From contig CAYHTV010000002.1 of the NCBI GenBank assembly GCA_964359575.1, positions 1-56,379 on the forward strand: a DNA stretch of 56,379 bases. The letters are read 5' to 3'. Positions 34,778-42,686 of this stretch are shown here, one piece after another (position 1 is the first letter of the stretch; each line of letters begins with the position of its first letter). Made by a program: the position numbers and the translations under genes. The stretch is from an uncultured Planctomycetales bacterium. Its GTDB lineage: Bacteria; Omnitrophota; Gorgyraeia; Zapsychrales; GWA2-47-8. The notes under the pieces were generated by a model, which was given only the letters and a program-made list of their open reading frames with translations, did not search any database and was not told where the DNA came from.

Positions 34778-35191
34778 ATGGTAGAACAAATAAAAAAAGA
34801 ACTAAAAACACCTCAAGGAAAACTCAAGTTTTCCTTAATGACAATTGTCATGATGCTATTTGCCGTAGCCGCCATGGGGCTCGTCTCACCAGATAAACCC
34901 GCTGCTAAGGACATTCGTAGTATTGTTCTAGAGATTCGTAATATGACATTCGGGGATAACAATCCTACTATCTATCTTAATCGAGGAGAGACCGTCAAGT
35001 TTGTTATCCATAATTTGGACGCGGGGATGAGGCATAATTTTACCATCGATGGGACTGACATTCGTACGCCACTCTTAGGATATGGTGAAAAGGAATCGGT
35101 TCTTTTTACCGCTCCTGCCACAGAAGAGGAAAGGGTTTATTTTTGTATGCCCCATGCCTTACATATGAAAGGGCTTCTGCGGGTTCAGTAA
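34778..35191 (+). CDS. membrane-anchored cupredoxin (plastocyanin/azurin-like blue copper protein)
   Basis: 137-aa ORF with an N-terminal TM helix. The type-1 Cu ligand pattern is H (RHNFTI) plus C-x2-H-x4-M (YFCMPHALHMKG). Confidence 0.75.
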   Translation: MVEQIKKELKTPQGKLKFSLMTIVMMLFAVAAMGLVSPDKPAAKDIRSIVLEIRNMTFGDNNPTIYLNRGETVKFVIHNLDAGMRHNFTIDGTDIRTPLLGYGEKESVLFTAPATEEERVYFCMPHALHMKGLLRVQ

Positions 35192-35340
35192 TATGAATCT
35201 AACCCTGCAAGATAAATTAGAAGCCGAAAAAATAGGATTTGAGAATTATCTTAATAAAATGGAAGTACTTTGTTAAAAATGGCTATATTTTCGACAAAAC
35301 AAATGTATAACAAATTATATATCAACATGTTAAGAGCATA

Positions 35341-35752
35341 TTGAGCGTTGAACACATTTATATCCAACGCATTGCAACGCTTCACAGCATCGAGAAATAT
35401 TTGAGATTATGTGTCAAAAAAGTATTTTTTAACAAAGTACTGTCGATATTCACGCCATTATTATGATCTGGCTATGATGGCCCGCTCTAAGGCAAAAAAT
35501 GATGCTTTAAATGATTTCAGGCTTTTAGAACAGGTCGTTGAATTTAATGACCGCTTTTTTCCTCGGGTATGGGCCCGGTATGAGTTAGCCAGACCGGGGA
35601 CAATGCGTTTGATGCCGCCAGCGCATTTCGAGCAGTCTTTAAGGTCTGATTAGGGTGAGATGAGGCATATGGTTTTTGGAAATTATCCGGAATTTGATGA
35701 GATCTTGAAGACTATAAAGATTCTCGAAAATGAAATTAACGCATTACATTAA
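35341..35752 (+). pseudogene. AbiEii/AbiGii-family nucleotidyltransferase toxin, C-terminal fragment with frameshift and in-frame TAG
   Basis: YSRHYYDLAMMA...FFPRVWARYELARPGTMRLMPP...LRSD*GEMRHMVFGNYPEFDEIL matches the AbiEii C-terminal region. A TAG at 35651 interrupts it, the upstream part (EHIYIQRIATLHS) is in another frame and the N-terminal two-thirds are absent. Confidence 0.7.
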
Positions 35753-35754
35753 AA

Positions 35755-35776
35755 CCGTGCTAGCACTGTGCTAGCA
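35755..35776 (+). repeat. 22-nt direct repeat CCGTGCTAGCACTGTGCTAGCA, copy 1
   Basis: Exact copy at 36006-36027. Each copy contains two tandem palindromic TGCTAGCA boxes. Confidence 0.9.
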
Positions 35777-35894
35777 GAATAAGCTCCAACAGGGGCAAAA
35801 GCGGTATAACAGCAAACAAGTCAATTGTCCGTAAGCCCTAACACCGTTAAGAGTTAGCTAAAACCGTCAATCACCGTCGATATCGCTTGAATCT

Positions 35895-35939
35895 CTCATA
35901 ACCTGAAGGCCGCAGGTTCAAATCCTGCCCCCGCAACCA
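35895..35939 (+). tRNA. orphan 3' half of an initiator-like tRNA-Met(CAU): anticodon loop to CCA, non-functional fragment
   Basis: CTCATAACCTGAAGGCCGCAGGTTCAAATCCTGCCCCCGCAACCA contains the anticodon loop CUCAUAA, the T-arm GCAGG-TTCAAAT-CCTGC and the acceptor 3' strand CCCCGCA-A-CCA. About 40 of 45 positions match the E. coli tRNA-fMet 3' half as remembered. No matching 5' half lies upstream. Confidence 0.75.
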
Positions 35940-35943
35940 ACTT

Positions 35944-35984
35944 AACCCTTTGTGAACCTGGCATTTACAGAGGGTTTCGTTTTT
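35944..35984 (+). terminator. intrinsic terminator-like hairpin following the tRNA fragment
   Basis: Stem AACCCTTTGT/ACAGAGGGTT (9 of 10 positions paired) followed by TCGTTTTTG. Confidence 0.55.
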
Positions 35985-36005
35985 GTGGGCCCCGTCGAAA
36001 ACCCG

Positions 36006-36027
36006 CCGTGCTAGCACTGTGCTAGCA
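36006..36027 (+). repeat. 22-nt direct repeat CCGTGCTAGCACTGTGCTAGCA, copy 2
   Basis: Exact repeat of 35755-35776. Both copies are preceded by AAAACC. Confidence 0.9.
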
Positions 36028-36140
36028 AAATTAAATTCCCTGTGTTGGGTCTTAAGGTTTCTTGCTCATATTTGATTATGATGGTTTTTGTTTCATGTTG
36101 TTAATCGGGAGGATTGATTTGACCTTATAAAATTGTGGGC

Positions 36141-36169
36141 TTGACATTGTATCACGTTTGGGATACACT
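36141..36169 (+). promoter_or_regulatory. promoter-like TTGACA-17-TACACT with embedded inverted repeat TGTATC-N8-GATACA (candidate TA operator)
   Basis: -35 at 36141-36146, inverted-repeat arms at 36148-36153 and 36162-36167, and -10 at 36164-36169. It lies 40 nt upstream of the dinJ-like start. Confidence 0.45.
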
Positions 36170-36208
36170 TTAAGTGAGGCAAAACGAACAGAAAATGGGG
36201 TGATTAAA

Positions 36209-36469
36209 ATGAGCAAAACAGCTATGATCCGGGCTCGGACTGAGCCGAAGTTAAAAAGTAAAGTTGAACGAATTTTTGAGGCGTTAGGTTTATCCGCTTC
36301 AGAGGCTATTAATCTTTTTTACCACCGTGTTGAACTCGAAAACGGTTTGCCCTTTGATTTAAAAATTCCTAATACAACCACCTTGCGCGCAATGAATGAT
36401 GTGGAGAAGAAAAAGAATCTACACTCTCACAGCAATGTTGAAGATATGCTGAAAGATTTAAAGAAATAA
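36209..36469 (+). CDS. dinJ: RelB/DinJ-family type II antitoxin
   Basis: MSKTAMIRARTEPKLKSKVERIFEALGLSASEAINLFYHRVELENGLPFDLKIPN is a ribbon-helix-helix DinJ pattern. It lies 4 nt upstream of the toxin gene. Confidence 0.85.
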   Translation: MSKTAMIRARTEPKLKSKVERIFEALGLSASEAINLFYHRVELENGLPFDLKIPNTTTLRAMNDVEKKKNLHSHSNVEDMLKDLKK

Positions 36470-36473
36470 CGGC

Positions 36474-36743
36474 ATGCTCAATCCTTTTTACACCAATCAA
36501 TTCAAGCGCGACTATAAGCTTCAGCAAAAGCGCCACAAAGATCTCCACCTCATAGATGATCTAACCAATTTATTGGTCAAAGAAGAACCGCTTCCTGCCC
36601 AAAATAAAGACCATCCGCTTCAAGGTGATTACAAAGGTTACCGTGAGTGCCATATTGAGCCAGACTGGCTGTTGATTTACAAAATTGAAGGCGGTAGTAT
36701 CTATTTTGTCAGAACCGGTACCCACTCCGATTTGTTCAAGTAA
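36474..36743 (+). CDS. yafQ: YafQ/RelE-family type II toxin (mRNA interferase)
   Basis: 89-aa ORF with the pattern FKRDYKLQQKR...DHPLQGDYKGYRECHIEPDWLLIYK...RTGTHSDLF. Confidence 0.85.
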   Translation: MLNPFYTNQFKRDYKLQQKRHKDLHLIDDLTNLLVKEEPLPAQNKDHPLQGDYKGYRECHIEPDWLLIYKIEGGSIYFVRTGTHSDLFK

Positions 36744-37017
36744 TTTTTGATTAATGAAAATGTGAGGAAGATTTGAAGAAAAGCCATTACCACCCAAAAC
36801 AACCGTTTGATAAATATCCATATGATAGGAAATTCTCTAAGCCCACAGAGGTCTTTTGTTCGGATCAATTCCACGGTTATTATGTGCGCGGACAAATATT
36901 GAGTTTTCCTTACGCCGCTGACGGTCCTTCCGAGAAATATTCAGAATTTTATTATCAGTTTTATTTGTTGGCTTTGGTGAATCCAGCTTTTTTGATGCGC
37001 GCAATAAACAGTTTGAT

Positions 37018-38235
37018 TTGGTGAAGGTGTATAAACAGGATCGTCTAAGCCGTCGGCTTAAAGACCTTTTAGGGCTTCTTGAAGAATTTGATAACTTGGG
37101 TGTTGGTTATAAATCAGCCACGGAGCCCTTTGATACAACATCCAGCGCCGGAAAGATGGCCATTCAAATGCTTGGCAGTTGCGCGGAGTTTGAACGAAAC
37201 CGATTGGTTGAGCGCGTGTTCCCGGGCATGCTAGTCGGTGTTAAGAAAGGCCATTGGCAGGGAGCGCGTTACGCGCCGTATGGCTATCGTTATAATAAAG
37301 AAATTAAGAAGCTGGAAATACACAAACAGGAAGCCAAGATTGTCCGAGAAATATATGAGCGTTATATCAACGGCCAAAGCACGTCGCAAATTGCCGGACA
37401 TTTTTACCGGTTAGGAACATCTTCCCGTCAAGGCGGTCGGTTTTATACAAAATTTATCGGGACGATTTTAAAGAGCAAGGTGTATTTAGGGACACTGGTG
37501 TGGAACCGTCATCGTTATAATCCTAGGGCAAAAACGAAAGATGGTCAGGGCAAAGGCTACAAGCATGTACGCAATGATCCTTCTAAGATTGTGGAAGTGC
37601 TAAATGTTCATGAACCCATTATTACCCAGCAACAATTCGACGAGGCATCGGTCTTGCTTAAACGCAATCGCACGAATGCGGTGGTGAAGTTTAAAAACAA
37701 CAATTATCACTTGTCCGGTGTGCTAAAATGCAAGGAGTGTAATGGAAGTTTTCGTGGTATTATGTCCGTTTCGAATCATCGCACCAAAGTTAAACGGCCG
37801 TGGTATCGCTGTTCATCCAAAGGCCCATAATACTTCGCAACCAGAGCGAGTATTTCTTGATGAGCTTGAGGCATTGGCCAAGCTGTTAAATAAAAACCTT
37901 GAGAAACAAAAAGGTTTGTATGAAGTTTTTTTCTCAAGATAGCATTAACCTTGAAATCTATAAAGACCATGCGGAATTGTTGCGCAATGAAGAAAAGAAA
38001 TTAAAGCAAGATATCAAGGCTGTACAATTAAAAATTTTAGATAAACGCAACTCCATTGATCTGCAAGGGCAACGCAGGATTTTCTTCTACATTTAAGAAA
38101 AACGCCCGATAATAGCCAAATGGATTTCCTCATAAAAACGTTTATGAGGATTATTTTTAAGACGATTTACATTCGGAATCAAGAGATTGTCACGTTTGAA
38201 TTGAATGAGCCGTGGCAGACGTGTTATGACGAAGG
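37018..38235 (+). pseudogene. degraded large serine recombinase (N-terminally truncated, split over three frames)
   Basis: 37018-37830 carries the end of the resolvase domain (VYKQDRLSRR), the recombinase domain (APYGYRYNKE...IVREIYERY...STSQIAGHF) and the zinc-ribbon start (CKECNGSF...WYRCSSKG). The coiled-coil and C-terminal pieces continue in other frames (37742-37942, 37899-38096, 38120-38235). The catalytic Ser region is absent. Confidence 0.75.
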
Positions 38236-38242
38236 TTTGAAA

Positions 38243-38271
38243 ATGGATTCCCGCTTTCGCGGGAATGACAG
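38243..38271 (-). repeat. 29-nt hairpin unit CTGTCATTCCCGCGAAAGCGGGAATCCAT (same family as 13063-13091)
   Basis: The reverse complement matches 13063-13091 except for one loop base. It generates the spurious peptide strings VIPAKAGIH, MDSRFRGND and SFPRKRESI in overlapping tracked ORFs. Confidence 0.9.
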
Positions 38272-38280
38272 TGTAGAAAA

Positions 38281-39744
38281 ATGGAACAACACATCGAAAA
38301 TACCGCAACAAACGGCAACACCGTCGGAGAAACTCCAAAGCAAACTCCCTGCCTGCCGGCAGGCAGGCGCGTGCTTTTGGAGACTTACGGCTGCCAAATG
38401 AACGAGGCGGATACGGAGATTATCCGTTCGATTCTCGCCAAGGCCGACTATTCGTTTACAACCAACGAAGGTGACGCGGATATTATCATGCTTAACACTT
38501 GCGCGATTCGGGAAAATGCGCACCGGAAAGTTTATGGACGGATCCATGAGATCCGGCACAAGCGTAGAGAAGCGAAAAAAAACGAATTGTTGCCGGCTGG
38601 CAACAATTCGCCCCTCATTGGTATCCTCGGCTGTATGGCGACCAATTTGCGCAAAGAACTTTTTGAAAACCGAAAATTGAAAATAGATTTTATAGCTGGG
38701 CCGGATTCATACAAAAGATTGCCCCATCTCATCGAAGAATGCATGAGGGACGAGGGACGCAAGACGTATGATCTGACGCTTTCAGAGTTTGAAACGTATT
38801 CAGATATTTATCCAACCCACACGAAAGGAGTCAACGCCTGGATTGCCGTCATGCGCGGGTGCAATAATTTCTGCACATTTTGCGTTGTGCCGTATACGCG
38901 CGGCCGTGAGCGCAGCCGATCGGTTGAAAATATTGTCGAGGAAGTCAATCGTCTCGCTGACGAAGGGTTTAAACAAGTAACACTTTTAGGACAAAATGTC
39001 AATTCGTACCGTCATGAAGAATCTGATTTCGCGGCGCTGCTCGATGGAGTCAGTAAAGTCAACGGTATCGAGCGTATCCGTTTTACTTCGCCGCATCCTA
39101 AGGATTTCCCAAAGCGTTTATTGCATGGTATTGCTCAAAATAAAAAAATTTGTAAACATATTCATCTGCCGCTGCAAGCCGGCAATAACCGAATTCTTGA
39201 TCTGATGAACCGGACATATACGCAGGAAGAATTTCTTCGTTTAGTAGATGATATCCGAGCGCTCATTCCTCAGGTGACGTTAACCACGGATATCATCGTG
39301 GGATTCCCCACCGAAACCGCGGAAGAATTCGCTGACACTGTGAAAATCATGAAAAAAGTTGAGTTCGATTCTGCCTTTATTTTTAAATATTCCGAACGTA
39401 AAGGAACAGCTGCTTCCCGCCAATACCCCGATAGTGTTCCGGAAGAAGAAAAAACTCGGCGCATCATGGATCTCAATGATCTGCAAAAAGCCATCACGCT
39501 TAAAAAAAATCAACAGCATATTGGTGAAGTGCAGGAAGTTTTAATTGAAGAAAAAGATGCTCAACATGTTGGATATGAATTTAAAGGCCGGACCGATGGC
39601 AATAAGCTCGTGATATTTTCTGGCACAGAATATGAGCACAGAGAAATTGTCCGCGTAAAGATTACTGCTGCCACGCCCCATGCGCTGCGCGGCGAAGCTG
39701 TTTCACATCGTATCTTCGCCATGGAGATTAGTCCCAAAACTTGA
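38281..39744 (+). CDS. miaB: tRNA-i6A37 methylthiotransferase MiaB (start uncertain: ATG 38281 or GTG 38370)
   Basis: ETYGCQMNEAD, LNTCAIRE and GCMA are MTTase motifs. It also has the radical-SAM motif CNNFCTFC and a C-terminal TRAM domain. The first 30 codons of the tracked ORF are repeat/palindrome sequence. Confidence 0.88.
   Translation: MEQHIENTATNGNTVGETPKQTPCLPAGRRVLLETYGCQMNEADTEIIRSILAKADYSFTTNEGDADIIMLNTCAIRENAHRKVYGRIHEIRHKRREAKKNELLPAGNNSPLIGILGCMATNLRKELFENRKLKIDFIAGPDSYKRLPHLIEECMRDEGRKTYDLTLSEFETYSDIYPTHTKGVNAWIAVMRGCNNFCTFCVVPYTRGRERSRSVENIVEEVNRLADEGFKQVTLLGQNVNSYRHEESDFAALLDGVSKVNGIERIRFTSPHPKDFPKRLLHGIAQNKKICKHIHLPLQAGNNRILDLMNRTYTQEEFLRLVDDIRALIPQVTLTTDIIVGFPTETAEEFADTVKIMKKVEFDSAFIFKYSERKGTAASRQYPDSVPEEEKTRRIMDLNDLQKAITLKKNQQHIGEVQEVLIEEKDAQHVGYEFKGRTDGNKLVIFSGTEYEHREIVRVKITAATPHALRGEAVSHRIFAMEISPKT
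38348..38367. repeat. 20-nt perfect palindrome CCTGCCTGCCGGCAGGCAGG
   Basis: Read directly. It lies just upstream of the conserved MiaB N-terminus. Confidence 0.9.
38584..38609. repeat. 26-nt palindrome GAATTGTTGCC-GGCT-GGCAACAATTC inside the miaB coding frame
   Basis: Perfect 11-bp arms. It encodes NELLPAGNNS within a loop that appears about 10 residues longer than in remembered MiaB sequences. Confidence 0.85.
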
Positions 39745-39790
39745 ATTTATAATCAGACTCATATATAGTAGTAATGAAAGGAAATTTTCC

Positions 39791-40840
39791 ATGTTGACTT
39801 TTCAACATATCACCGCAGCACAACTCTATGAGCGCCTTAAACACGTTAAGGTCGGCGGCAATGTCTGTCACTATTCACTTAAAAAATGCGAAGAGCTTGT
39901 GCCGTTGATCAATGAGATCAACGAATTGAAAGAAGAGCAAAACGCCGTGATCCTCGTGCATTCGTATGTGAGTCCGGAGATCATTTATGGCGTTGGGGAT
40001 TTTGTGGGAGATTCCTATAAACTCAGCAAAGACGCCATGTCAACCAAGGCAGAAAAAATCGTCTTTGCCGCCGTGCGGTTTATGGGAGAAACCGCTAAAA
40101 TTCTCAACCCCACCAAAGAAGTTTTAATCCCCGGTTTATTGGATGGCTGTACGCTGGCGGATTCCATTAATGGTGAGAAGGTCCGTGAGTTACGACGGCA
40201 ATTCCCAGAGTATACCTTTGTCTGCTATATCAACACAACCGCGGACGTTAAAGCCGAATGCGATGTCTGCGTGACCTCCGCCAATGTCTATAAAGTGGCA
40301 GCCAATATCCCTGATGACAAAATTTATTTTTTGCCGGATAAATTGATGGGACAAAATCTCAGCAAAGAAATGCAGTCCCGTGGGATTGCGAAAGATATTC
40401 AATATTACGATGGCGTCTGTTATGTCCATGAGGAATATAATAGGGAGCAGATTGAAAAAATCCGCCTCGAATATCCGAATGTGAAAGTCGTAAGCCATCC
40501 CGAATGCAAACCAGCGGTGTGCGACGCCTCGGACTTTGTCGGGAGCACTTCCCAAATGCTAAAGTATATGCAAGAAACCAAGGCGGATGAATTCCTGATG
40601 CTTACCGAATGCGGTTTATCATCGCGGCTGCAAGTTGAATTTCCTCACAAGCGCTTTGTTGGTTCCTGCACGCTGTGCCGCTATATGAAATCCAACACTC
40701 TCCATGATATTTTACGCGTCCTGAAACATCCCGCTTTGCGTGACCGGGTCGTGATCGCCGAAGACGTGCGGCAGCGCGCCTTAAAATGCGTTGAGGCAAT
40801 GTTTCAATACGCAGAGCCATCGACTTTTGCGGGCGGATAA
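39791..40840 (+). CDS. nadA: quinolinate synthase
   Basis: The start is chosen at MLTFQHITAAQLYERL (AAAGGA 9 nt upstream). NadA patterns are VHSYVSPEI, GDSYKLS, VCYINTTADVKA, VTSANV, HPEC and LTECG. Confidence 0.88.
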   Translation: MLTFQHITAAQLYERLKHVKVGGNVCHYSLKKCEELVPLINEINELKEEQNAVILVHSYVSPEIIYGVGDFVGDSYKLSKDAMSTKAEKIVFAAVRFMGETAKILNPTKEVLIPGLLDGCTLADSINGEKVRELRRQFPEYTFVCYINTTADVKAECDVCVTSANVYKVAANIPDDKIYFLPDKLMGQNLSKEMQSRGIAKDIQYYDGVCYVHEEYNREQIEKIRLEYPNVKVVSHPECKPAVCDASDFVGSTSQMLKYMQETKADEFLMLTECGLSSRLQVEFPHKRFVGSCTLCRYMKSNTLHDILRVLKHPALRDRVVIAEDVRQRALKCVEAMFQYAEPSTFAGG

Positions 40841-40934
40841 AAATTTTTCTATTTCTATCACCCCAACGTTCATCCCCCTCGATTGACATCCTCCAGGTGC
40901 TGTGATATTCTTGTGTAACATTTTAAGGATATCT

Positions 40935-42074
40935 ATGAACACTCCTACTTTAGGCATTGTGCCAACGCAATTCTTTACCTTTGCTCAGCCGCCGCAAGAG
41001 CTGATACTCAAAAGCGGTGTGAAATTTGGGCCCATCACGGTCGCTTATGAAACGTATGGCCAGCTCAATGCAAATAGATCCAACGCTATTCTCGTATTTC
41101 ATGCCTTAACTGGGGATGCTCATGCCGCTGGTTTTCAGGAGGGCGCCCCAAAACCTGGCTGGTGGGACGATATGATCGGTCCGGGCAAGGCCTTTGATAC
41201 GAATAAATATTTTGTCATTTGTTCTAATGTTCTCGGTGGATGTAAAGGGACCACTGGCCCGGCTTCCGTTAATCCAGCGACAGGCAAGCCGCACGGTTTA
41301 AGCTTTCCCATGGTGACTATTGATGACATGGTAGCTGTCCAAAAAGAACTTATCGAGCACTTAGGCATTAAAAAATTATTGTGCGTTTCCGGCGGATCTA
41401 TGGGCGGTTTACAGGCGCTTAAGTGGGCGGTTCAATACCCCGAATTTCTTTCATCGGTCATTTTGATTGCCACTAATCACCGCCACACCGCTCAGCAAAT
41501 TGCTTTGCATGAAGTCTGCCGGCAGGCGATTATGTCGGATCCGGATTGGCAAAACGGCGAGTATTATGGCAAATCGATTCCGGCCCGCGGGCTTGCGCTC
41601 TCGCGGATGATCGGCCACATCACCTACATGAGCGAGAAATCCATGGACGAAAAATTCGGCCGCAAACTTATCGGCAAAGAGCGGGTCGGGTATGATTTCT
41701 CGCATGATTTTGAGGTTGAAAGTTATCTGAAATACCGCGGGGACAGTTTTGTACAACGTTTTGACGCCAATTCCTATCTCTACTTAACCAAGGCGTTGGA
41801 TTATTTTGATTTGGCAGAAGAGGGGAATCTTTTAACGACTTTTCAAAAGGCCACGGCGAGTTTTTTAATTATTTCGTTTACCTCGGATTGGCTTTATCCA
41901 TCATACCAATCCAAAGAAATGGTCAAGGCCCTTAAAGCGAACGATCTTGATGTCTCAGATATTGAGATCAATAGCAGCTATGGCCACGATGCGTTTTTGG
42001 TGGAGGTAGAAGGCCAATCCAAATTGATCCGCCATTTTTTAACGCGGATAGAACGCGAAAAAAACTATGTCTAA
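40935..42074 (+). CDS. metX: homoserine O-acetyltransferase
   Basis: [12 protein letters not shown], the GGSMGG nucleophile elbow and SDWLYP...GHDAFL form an alpha/beta hydrolase MetX pattern. metW follows. Confidence 0.9.
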   Translation: MNTPTLGIVPTQFFTFAQPPQELILKSGVKFGPITVAYETYGQLNANRSNAILVFHALTGDAHAAGFQEGAPKPGWWDDMIGPGKAFDTNKYFVICSNVLGGCKGTTGPASVNPATGKPHGLSFPMVTIDDMVAVQKELIEHLGIKKLLCVSGGSMGGLQALKWAVQYPEFLSSVILIATNHRHTAQQIALHEVCRQAIMSDPDWQNGEYYGKSIPARGLALSRMIGHITYMSEKSMDEKFGRKLIGKERVGYDFSHDFEVESYLKYRGDSFVQRFDANSYLYLTKALDYFDLAEEGNLLTTFQKATASFLIISFTSDWLYPSYQSKEMVKALKANDLDVSDIEINSSYGHDAFLVEVEGQSKLIRHFLTRIEREKNYV

Positions 42075-42684
42075 CGGCGGTCACAGCGATCCTAAAAAAA
42101 GCAACCGTCTCGATTTCCAAATTATTATGGAAATGATTAAGCCAAATTCAAAAGTTTTGGATCTTGGCTGCGGCGACGGGAGTCTTTTGGCTTTGCTCAT
42201 TGAACATAAAGGCATCCGGGGAACTGGTGTTGAAATCAATGAACAGGCGATTTACCAATCCATGGCCAAAGGCTTAACGGTCTCGCACGGCGATATTGAT
42301 TCGGGCCTCGAAGATTATTCCAGTAAAAGATTTGATTATGTTATTTTAAACGAAAGCCTGCAGCAGGTTTTGCATCCGCGCAAGGTGATCCTTGAGGCAT
42401 TGCGCGTGGGAAAGAAAGTCATCGTGGGTATTCCCAATTTTTGTCATATCCGGGCCCGGTTGCAATTATTTTTTCAAGGCCGCGTCCCCGTAACCAAACA
42501 ATTGCCTTACGAATGGTATGATACCCCAAATTTACGTTTTTTAAGCCTTAAAGATTTTCGTAATTTTTGTAAAATAAATGACATTCACATCATACGCGAG
42601 GCAGGAATTTTAAATAACATGAGAATCCCCGTGCGCCCTAATCTTTTTGCGAATATGGGGATTTATTTACTGGAAAAAAATTAA
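42067..42684 (+). CDS. metW: methionine biosynthesis protein MetW
   Basis: 205-aa ORF with an SAM-MTase-like [11 protein letters not shown]. It overlaps metX by 8 nt, the canonical metXW arrangement. Confidence 0.85.
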   Translation: MSNGGHSDPKKSNRLDFQIIMEMIKPNSKVLDLGCGDGSLLALLIEHKGIRGTGVEINEQAIYQSMAKGLTVSHGDIDSGLEDYSSKRFDYVILNESLQQVLHPRKVILEALRVGKKVIVGIPNFCHIRARLQLFFQGRVPVTKQLPYEWYDTPNLRFLSLKDFRNFCKINDIHIIREAGILNNMRIPVRPNLFANMGIYLLEKN

Positions 42685-42686
42685 AA

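Noticed and set aside
35946-35958. CCCTTTGTGAACC in the post-tRNA terminator resembles the repeat TIR (CCTTTGTAGAACC)
   Set aside because: The similarity is 12 of 13 with one indel over a short stretch. This is not enough to claim a relationship between the element and the tRNA locus.
37818-37830. 13-nt match (CAAAGGCCCATAA) to the 99-nt repeat terminus exactly where the serine recombinase frame stops
   Set aside because: It could be a footprint of an element-mediated deletion. However, 13 nt without the rest of the TIR is too short to separate from chance, and the sequence is also ordinary coding sequence (SKGP*).
38093-38559. Three overlapping ORFs (38093-38338, 38120-38401, 38224-38559) with VIPAKAGIH / MDSRFRGND / SFPRKRESI
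   Set aside because: They are translations of the 29-nt hairpin unit and adjacent palindromes in different frames. They overlap the recombinase remnant and the miaB 5' end.
40190-40555. 121-aa ORF antisense to nadA
   Set aside because: It lies inside a full-length nadA. There is no supporting signal.
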